A stretch of 24,327 nucleotides of DNA from assembly GCA_038867615.1 (NCBI GenBank), contig JAWBYA010000011.1, positions 1 to 24,327 on the forward strand. Reading direction: 5' to 3'. This DNA is from Sulfolobales archaeon. Its GTDB lineage: Archaea > Thermoproteota > Thermoprotei_A > Sulfolobales > AG1. The notes under the pieces are model-generated. The model was given only the letters and a program-made list of their open reading frames with translations. It ran no database searches and was not told the origin of the DNA. A program made the translations under genes and the position numbers. Positions 17,600 to 24,327 of the stretch are shown piece after piece; the stretch's first letter is position 1; every line of letters starts with the position of its first letter.

Positions 17600-17717
17600 T
17601 TCTCTAAACCACTATTTATTTTACATGGAAGCTAATATATTTGTTTCAACTATGTTTACAGTTTTATAAACTATTGTTTTTATATATTGCGGAGCTCATT
17701 ATTGGAGGGGGGTTTGG

Positions 17718-18083
17718 TTGGATAGGGATTTAGAGGAGAAGAGGTTGGAAAAAACTACGCGTGGGAGGGGTTCTACAGAGTTGGAGGGGATATACAGGGT
17801 GTTCTTCGTCGTGGCTGGAGAGGGGAGGATAACGCTTCTGGATCGAATTATGAAGTCGGAAGACCCTGATGATCTGATCGCAACGTTCTATGAGGCACTT
17901 AGGATGGCGAAGAGCATAGAGAAGAATATAGAGATATCTGAGGAGGAGATAGAGGAAGTGATGAAGAGACCAAGGGTACTTAAGAGACTGGCTGTTAGGG
18001 CTGCAGCAGTAGCATATAGGAGAGAATCAGAACAGCAGAAGAAGGAGAAGGAGAAGGCTGAGGAGGTGAGCGAAGGTGGCTGA
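17718..18083 (+). CDS. csa5: Type I-A small subunit Csa5 (Cas11)
   Basis: 121-aa helical protein with LLDRI and FYEALR motifs, directly upstream of cas7. Confidence 0.8.
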   Translation: MDRDLEEKRLEKTTRGRGSTELEGIYRVFFVVAGEGRITLLDRIMKSEDPDDLIATFYEALRMAKSIEKNIEISEEEIEEVMKRPRVLKRLAVRAAAVAYRRESEQQKKEKEKAEEVSEGG

Positions 18084-19206
18084 AAAGGCTAAAGATTCCT
18101 TTGTATCGATTGTGCTGAGGCTAGCGATAGATTCGGAAGCCATGAACATGGTAGAGGCTATCGGTGCCTTCACACCACATAGATCAGCACCAATCGTTGT
18201 TAGGATAGGGGACGGGCTAAGAGTTGTAAGAGCTCCAGCGGCGTCTGGACAGATGATGGCATATGCATACCAGAAAGCCCTGGTCGAACTTGCATCAAAA
18301 GCAAACACAAATATGCCCCTCTGCGATGACTGCAGAAACTACAAGACACTCGGAGGGTTTGTGAAGAGGGCGACAGCAGATCCCGACAGCTTTAAAGACG
18401 GGGAGTTCAGCGTCATAGAAACATGTGTGGTAGAGGATCTATCTGGTTTCATGATCGTTGGTAAGGGTAGGAGGGGTAGTAGGAGGGAGAGGCGGAAAGG
18501 CGGTGAGGAGGAAGAGGGGGAAGAGGCTGCAGGGCTTAGAAGAACATCACCAGTATGGTTCAGCTACCTGCTTCCAGAACCGCATCTCACAAGCTTCAAA
18601 TTCGAGCCACAGTTCCACGTTAGGTTCAATGTGAAGGAGGGTAACAACCCATTCACAGTTGAGAATGCAGCTGCCATCTACACTCTAGCCATCGCGATCG
18701 ATGTGAAGGCGATCGGTAGGGCAGCAGATAGGAATGGAGTGATACGCGAGGTGGGGGATAGGGATAGAAGGGTAGCTCTAGCTCTTGAGGCTCTGAGAGC
18801 AGTCTTCCATGGACAGCTCTTCGGGGCTAAGAAGTCCAGAAACCTCTTCAGATTCGAGATTGTTGGCGGTGCTGCATCGATATCAAATCCGCTGCCATTC
18901 ACACTATCCCCACCCATCCGAGGCGATGAAAGCTATGTCGCGAAATCATATAGAAGGGCTAGATCCATGGTCGCTGGGCTCTCAAGAACCTCGATAGCAC
19001 AAGAGATAAATATGGCATACTTCGATGGAGATGGTATAGCAGGCGATCTGAAGAGCATCGTAGAATCTGTGGTGGGCCAGGGTGCAAAAGCTGAAGGAGA
19101 TAGATACTGCGAAAAAGTAGAGGCTGGAAGTATATGTCTTGAAAGGGTCAGAGACTTCGACCAAATGATCGACTGGATACGCAACAAGATCTTTGGGAAA
19201 GCCTGA
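18076..19206 (+). CDS. cas7: Type I-A Cas7 (Csa2)
   Basis: EAMNMVEAIG, HR, PAASGQMMAYAYQ, C..C, CVVEDLSGFM, RRTS...FSY, HVRF, FGAKKSR. Confidence 0.95.
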   Translation: MAEKAKDSFVSIVLRLAIDSEAMNMVEAIGAFTPHRSAPIVVRIGDGLRVVRAPAASGQMMAYAYQKALVELASKANTNMPLCDDCRNYKTLGGFVKRATADPDSFKDGEFSVIETCVVEDLSGFMIVGKGRRGSRRERRKGGEEEEGEEAAGLRRTSPVWFSYLLPEPHLTSFKFEPQFHVRFNVKEGNNPFTVENAAAIYTLAIAIDVKAIGRAADRNGVIREVGDRDRRVALALEALRAVFHGQLFGAKKSRNLFRFEIVGGAASISNPLPFTLSPPIRGDESYVAKSYRRARSMVAGLSRTSIAQEINMAYFDGDGIAGDLKSIVESVVGQGAKAEGDRYCEKVEAGSICLERVRDFDQMIDWIRNKIFGKA

Positions 19207-19895
19207 TGATCGGTGCGATCATCTCTCTAGAACTCTTCTCACCGCTCACAATCAGAATACCATACGCTGTATACCACAGCGGCTCATACCCACTCCCACC
19301 CCCATCAACTATTATGGGGGCTATAGCGTATCCATATGCCAGGGATAAGGGGTTGCCGGAGAGGATGAGTAGAAAGGTGATTAAAGATGTTGCTAAGAAG
19401 GTTCTGTATGCCTCGGCAGCATATACATCTATTCTTGCTTCAAGCAAGCAGCTTGAGAGGTTCTACCAAGCAATATATCAGAAACCAGATCGAAGAGAGC
19501 TCCCCAGGTTTAGGTGGGGCGTGTATTTCCACGAGGGCTATATTGTTTTTTCAAAGCTATTGATCTTCATCCTGCTCAGGGACGAAGAACTTGTTAGATA
19601 TCTATATTGTATTGCGAGGGTGGGGAGGAAGGAGACAATAGCATCTGTGGATAAGGTCATCATAGGCAAGCCCACAAAGACAAAGGATATAGCTAGATGC
19701 TACCCGTTCTACCATCCAAAGGGCATCGCCGCATTTTCGGCAGGCTATATCGAGTTCAGCGATATGGGTAAGAGATATGTGATCCCGATCTCGTATGGCA
19801 CGGATGCAAAGATAGATATAGCCCCGGCAAGCAACGGAGCGATTTTCTGGGTTGGGGATTACTGTGTGCCAGCACCTGATATAGCTATATCATAG
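19206..19895 (+). CDS. cas5: Type I-A Cas5
   Basis: IRIPY...SYPLPPPSTIMGAIA; RVGRKE. Confidence 0.95.
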   Translation: MIGAIISLELFSPLTIRIPYAVYHSGSYPLPPPSTIMGAIAYPYARDKGLPERMSRKVIKDVAKKVLYASAAYTSILASSKQLERFYQAIYQKPDRRELPRFRWGVYFHEGYIVFSKLLIFILLRDEELVRYLYCIARVGRKETIASVDKVIIGKPTKTKDIARCYPFYHPKGIAAFSAGYIEFSDMGKRYVIPISYGTDAKIDIAPASNGAIFWVGDYCVPAPDIAIS

Positions 19896-20911
19896 TGGGT
19901 GGGAGGATGGTTAGGGTGATACGAGTATCATATAGCAATATAAACGATATCAGGGGCACACTGGCATACTGGTTTGCAAACACAGCATGCCAGATCCTCC
20001 TAGGTCAGAGGGAATGTGATGTGGCTGGGGAAGCGTATGATTTTCTACCGACAATCGCATCGAGGCTAGAGGCTATAAAAGACGAGCTCCTAGGTATAAA
20101 GGCTGAACACGTATTCCAGGAGATCAAAGTCACCAACAAATATAGGATCAGTGTTGGGGACGCAATATCGATTCTAACATCGACAAGCCCCAGGGAGGAG
20201 TTCTTCTATGCACCATCACACCTCTTCATAGAGTATGGCGAGTTTCTAGAGGGCTTTCTAAACACTGATATCTATAAACGTGATAAGATATTCATAAGCA
20301 ACATCGTCATATCACTAGCACTCGTTGGAGCGGCGATGGCATACTCATACACAGTATCTAGGGGAGGGGTGAATGTGCATGGCTATATAGGCTATACAGG
20401 GGTGTCAATGATTAAAGGAGAGGCGTTGAATAGATATCGAGCGTTGAGAAAAAGCAGCAACGTGATAAGGATATTAGCTATGAATGAAGCGCCATGGGAG
20501 ACTGTTGAGCTTGCGGTTGCATCAATACTGGTTAGAGACGACCTGAAGCCAGCTGAGTGGGATACGTTTGAGGTTGTGGAGGCATATAGAGGCACCAGTA
20601 AAATCAACATTGCAAGCTATAGAGTATCACATATATCAACACTGGCATCGGTGATTAGCAGGGAATTCGCAGAGGGGTTCCTAGAGCTTGTGAATAGATA
20701 TGGGAGGGATAAGAGTGTTAAAAAGCTGGCAGATCATATAGCTAGAAACATATATCTATACTCACTCTATAGAGACCCTCAATATATGTATCAAGCCCTG
20801 AGACCTCTGATGTCCAAAGGCATTGACGAGAGGTTCCAAGAGGTCATAGCTGGCTGGGGAGACATAGCGAATAAGATGCTGGGGATTGCGGGATGGTGGG
20901 CAGGGGAATAG
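19895..20911 (+). CDS. cas8a: Probable type I-A large subunit (Cas8a/Csa4-like)
   Basis: Located between cas5 and cas3'; LALVGA and C-terminal helical YQALR motifs. Assigned mainly by gene order. Confidence 0.7.
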   Translation: MGGRMVRVIRVSYSNINDIRGTLAYWFANTACQILLGQRECDVAGEAYDFLPTIASRLEAIKDELLGIKAEHVFQEIKVTNKYRISVGDAISILTSTSPREEFFYAPSHLFIEYGEFLEGFLNTDIYKRDKIFISNIVISLALVGAAMAYSYTVSRGGVNVHGYIGYTGVSMIKGEALNRYRALRKSSNVIRILAMNEAPWETVELAVASILVRDDLKPAEWDTFEVVEAYRGTSKINIASYRVSHISTLASVISREFAEGFLELVNRYGRDKSVKKLADHIARNIYLYSLYRDPQYMYQALRPLMSKGIDERFQEVIAGWGDIANKMLGIAGWWAGE

Positions 20912-22647
20912 ATCCTGGAGATGCAGATAGAATCGCTGGGAAGATGGTTGAAAAGAATGCATGGATAGCTGTGCTGAGACTACCAACAGGCTTTGGCAAA
21001 TCAACATCATCCCCGATTATCTTCAACAGACTCCACGGGCTTGGGCTGGCTGATAGAATGATCCATGTGCTGCCGCTCAGAGCCATCGTGGAGGATCTAT
21101 ATGTTAGGTTTTTATGCAGCGAAGCCAGAGAAGACCTCAGAGGCGTGTATGAAGCACTTATAGGGGCAGGTATTGGGAGGGGTGATATAGCATTCCAATC
21201 AGGTGATCTTCTGCTTAAACACAGCACCATCGAATGTAGGGAGGGGGAGAGCTATAGTGCTAAGAAGGATCCTCTGTTTGATTCGAGAGCTGTTATAACA
21301 ACACTAGACTCGTTCATGATGAATCTTATGAAGATCCCAGTGGCAGAGGTCTTCAAGGCGAAGAGGCACTATGCATCCCCACTAGCCAGGATATTTGTAT
21401 CGGCTGTCTTCCTGGATGAGGCACACTATGTATCAGGTGACCCAAGATCTATTGCATCCACAAAACTACTGGCAGAATATGCCCAGAATGCTAGAGTACC
21501 CCTAATACTTATGAGTGCAACAATAGGCAGAAACCACATAGAGAAGATCGTTGGGAACCATCTGAAAGCAATCACAGCATGCCTGGAGGGGGACAGGATC
21601 GGGGGTAGATGCGATGTAGAAATAGATGGTAAGGAGTTCATCGAAAAGGCATCGTCTATCAGCTGGAGGATACGGATGATAGATGAGGATATGGTTGTGG
21701 ATAAGGCTGCCGAGCTTGTCGGGATAGGCAAAAGGGTTCTGATACTGGTTAGAAGCGTCAAAAGATCTGCAGAGATATATAGGAGGCTGAGGGAGAGGGG
21801 TGTCGAGTCTCGACTACTGCATGCAGGGCTAACCCTCAGAGATAGGGGGGAGGTGCTTTCCGATGTCAGATCTATGCTGGAGACGAAGAGAGGATTCGCC
21901 CTGGTAGCAACGCCTGTGATCAACGCAGGTGTTGATATGAGCTTCGACGCAGCCATAGTCGAGGCTGCTGACTTCACATCTATAATCCAGATATGCGGGA
22001 GAGTCTGTAGATCTGAGCTATGTGGAGATGCGGAGGTATTCATAGTGGCACAGAGATCGAGCAAATATGTTTTGGATGAGATCGATAAACTCAAAAATAT
22101 AGACCTGAGGATACCGTTCGATATAAAAGATAGAAAGGGGTATGCAGTACTCCTAGAAATAGATGCTAGCAACACAGATATAAAGGGAGTTGGGCGTGAG
22201 ATCCTAGATCTCTTCGGCCTCTTCTACCCATTCTATGTATCGCAGAAAGATATCACGAAATACCTCCTAGAGAATATGGGATCCCCGGCTAGGAGGAGCC
22301 TGCTGATCCAGGTATTCATAGATCCTGGCAGGGATGGGATAGAACTGAGGGATGTCCTGGGCAAAATGATCACGGTGGATGCGTGGGATGTGAAGAGATG
22401 CAGAGAATATGCCGATAGCTATCTAGAGATCGCTGAGGAGAATGGAGAACTAGTGGTTAGAGAGAACAAGGAGGCTTGGGAGAGGATAAGGATGAACCTT
22501 GAGCACCTGTTGAGACTATATAGAAGCCTGTTCCATGCAAGGACGAGTGGATCGAGATATGTGGTTGCAGGAGGCATTCTGATCAGGGGTGAAGGTTATG
22601 ACAAAGAAGCCGGGCTGCTATGCATACAAGAAGGGGGAGAGGGCTGA
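20893..22647 (+). CDS. cas3: Cas3' helicase
   Basis: LPTGFGKS, VLPLRAIVED, TTLDS, DEAH, MSAT, LLHA, ATPVINAGVD, GRVCR. Confidence 0.95.
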   Translation: MVGRGIDPGDADRIAGKMVEKNAWIAVLRLPTGFGKSTSSPIIFNRLHGLGLADRMIHVLPLRAIVEDLYVRFLCSEAREDLRGVYEALIGAGIGRGDIAFQSGDLLLKHSTIECREGESYSAKKDPLFDSRAVITTLDSFMMNLMKIPVAEVFKAKRHYASPLARIFVSAVFLDEAHYVSGDPRSIASTKLLAEYAQNARVPLILMSATIGRNHIEKIVGNHLKAITACLEGDRIGGRCDVEIDGKEFIEKASSISWRIRMIDEDMVVDKAAELVGIGKRVLILVRSVKRSAEIYRRLRERGVESRLLHAGLTLRDRGEVLSDVRSMLETKRGFALVATPVINAGVDMSFDAAIVEAADFTSIIQICGRVCRSELCGDAEVFIVAQRSSKYVLDEIDKLKNIDLRIPFDIKDRKGYAVLLEIDASNTDIKGVGREILDLFGLFYPFYVSQKDITKYLLENMGSPARRSLLIQVFIDPGRDGIELRDVLGKMITVDAWDVKRCREYADSYLEIAEENGELVVRENKEAWERIRMNLEHLLRLYRSLFHARTSGSRYVVAGGILIRGEGYDKEAGLLCIQEGGEG

Positions 22648-23329
22648 GAATCTGGCTGAACATCTAGCTGGTGTTGCCCGATGCTGCAGAGAGCACAAGC
22701 TCCTAGCACCTGTTGCATCGAAGATAGCTAGGAACTATGGGTTGTCCAAGGATTATGTGGAGGATATGATTGTAGCTGCATGTCTGCTCCACGACATCGG
22801 AAAGGCTGATAGGAAATACCAGGATCTATGTCTATCCAGTGGGTGTGAGGAATTTTCTGGACACGATGTGAGGGGCTATAAGCTGGCTGCAACAGCCCTT
22901 AAAAGGCTTGAGGATTCGTCTAGGATTGCTGTCAATACCGGGATGGCTGATGTCCTGAATATAGCACTGCTAATCCCGATCCTCATGCATCACTACTTCC
23001 AGAGGGGTATAGATAATCTGAGGAATGATCTGGATATAATCGATGAGATAGATGTACACCCACAATGCATAGAGGATCTCCACATGGTGCTCGAACTAAG
23101 AACAGAGCTATTTAAAAACGAATATGTGGAGAACCTAGTGTCCACTGTGTTAGGGCTTATCACAGATGGTAGGGTAAGGCTTGTCCCGGTATATCGTTTC
23201 GCCAGTGTACCAGATCTTCTGAATGATCTGCAGTCATATACAAACCTACTCCAGAAACACAGTGCCATAGCTGTGACAGCGATTCTGAATGAATGTGATG
23301 GGTGGGTTGCACGTGTTAGGAGGGGATAG
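22598..23329 (+). CDS. cas3'': Cas3'' HD nuclease
   Basis: CYAY, LAEHL, LHDIGK, F.GH, MHH and CD motifs; start set at ATG 22598 behind GGGGTGA. Confidence 0.93.
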   Translation: MTKKPGCYAYKKGERAENLAEHLAGVARCCREHKLLAPVASKIARNYGLSKDYVEDMIVAACLLHDIGKADRKYQDLCLSSGCEEFSGHDVRGYKLAATALKRLEDSSRIAVNTGMADVLNIALLIPILMHHYFQRGIDNLRNDLDIIDEIDVHPQCIEDLHMVLELRTELFKNEYVENLVSTVLGLITDGRVRLVPVYRFASVPDLLNDLQSYTNLLQKHSAIAVTAILNECDGWVARVRRG

Positions 23330-24327
23330 GGAGATCTACTGCTTAAATGTGTCAATTATGCCGGAGGAGACTATCAAGATATATCCATTCACATCTAGGG
23401 TGCTCAAGAGCATAGCTATTCAGAAGATTTTGAGGAGCCACAGGGATCTCATACTCTCTAGGGATAAATACAAGCCCCTATTCATATCCATGCTCTCGGA
23501 TGGCAATGGTAGGAGGCTGTATTCGCTGTACAATTCAAAGCCACAGATCTTAGTGGAAGGCATGGTATACCGTGGAAGAATATGTATCTCCCCAAGGGGT
23601 GGTGCATTGATAGATCCAGAGCTAGAGGGCTTTGTAGAAACACCATTCGGAAGGATCATATACTATGTAGAGTCTATAGAGATCCACAGGCTATCAAGCC
23701 TATCACTTAGACTGGATGGGAGGCTTTATGTCGAGTTCTTATCCCCTGTCCTGCTATCATCTAAGATCATCATGTATAGCGGTGGAAACGGGGTGAGGGC
23801 TGAGCTATTCAGGATCCCATCTCCAGGGGCGATCATAGCATATTCTCTGAAGCTGTGGAACTCGATATCGCCTCCACAGTATAGGCTGCCAAGACCATGC
23901 GATGATGAAACCGCTAGGAGATATGAAGCTATATTCTCAGTCAGAGCGGAGGCATGCACAGGTGTCGAAATGGCAGAGATAAGATCGGTGGTTGTTGAGA
24001 CAGGGAGGAGAAGAGATGGAGGGGCAAAAACAGACACAGCATTCGAAGGCAAAATCAGATTCAAAATAGCATGTGAAGAGATAGAAGAAATAGCATCGAA
24101 AACACTAGCACTAGCACAACACCTAGGAATAGGAAGAAGCAGAGGAATAGGACTAGGAGAAATACAGCTAACACCACAACCAACAAAAACACATACAAAA
24201 GCTTATAAGTTTTCTGGAGAACATGATGGGATAGTGGAAAGCATGGGCTGGATAGGCATATGGCATCTGCATACCTCTAAAAGCTATAGGTGGATACCAA
24301 TGAATACGAAGAATTCTAAGAGCAATC
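23313..24327 (+). CDS. cas6: Cas6 endoribonuclease; frame open to the window end (absent from the ORF track)
   Basis: Hand translation: IYCLNVSIMP...PFTSRVLKS...KPLFIS...VEFLSPVLL...PSPG...AFEG...HLGIGRSRGIGLGEI. No stop codon before 24327. Start GTG 23313 behind GGTGGG; alternatives at 23289, 23298 and 23358. Confidence 0.92.
   Translation, partial: MLGGDREIYCLNVSIMPEETIKIYPFTSRVLKSIAIQKILRSHRDLILSRDKYKPLFISMLSDGNGRRLYSLYNSKPQILVEGMVYRGRICISPRGGALIDPELEGFVETPFGRIIYYVESIEIHRLSSLSLRLDGRLYVEFLSPVLLSSKIIMYSGGNGVRAELFRIPSPGAIIAYSLKLWNSISPPQYRLPRPCDDETARRYEAIFSVRAEACTGVEMAEIRSVVVETGRRRDGGAKTDTAFEGKIRFKIACEEIEEIASKTLALAQHLGIGRSRGIGLGEIQLTPQPTKTHTKAYKFSGEHDGIVESMGWIGIWHLHTSKSYRWIPMNTKNSKSN

Overview
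Archaeal sequence, most likely from a hyperthermophilic Thermoproteota host (inferred from the CRISPR repeat family, csa3/csa5, AGG/ATA codon use and GGTGG ribosome-binding sites). It has two parts. (1) 1-15.4 kb is an accessory, mobile-element-like island. A 14.2 kb cargo (290-14533) is bracketed by two inward-facing, transposase-less IS200/IS605 derivatives that look like promoter-bearing omegaRNA (TnpB guide) cassettes. Each sits behind the same TTAC-truncated GHKL ATPase sequence, which forms an inverted repeat. The cargo encodes a SWIM zinc-finger protein, two type IV pilin-like surface proteins, a compact XPD/Rad3 Fe-S helicase, a large multi-pass membrane protein, a Cas4-like PD-(D/E)XK nuclease, a highly divergent TATA-binding protein, a DUF4352 membrane protein and an Hfq/Sm-like protein. 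A 41-bp single-hairpin IS605 remnant follows. (2) 15.5-24.3 kb is a type I-A CRISPR-Cas locus: a 17-repeat array read on the minus strand, a leader with a dense GATC cluster, csa3, then csa5-cas7-cas5-cas8a-cas3'-cas3''-cas6. cas6 is missing from the ORF track because its frame stays open to the window end. No cas1/cas2, tnpA/tnpB or integrase is visible. All protein calls come from motif recognition by eye, not database searches.
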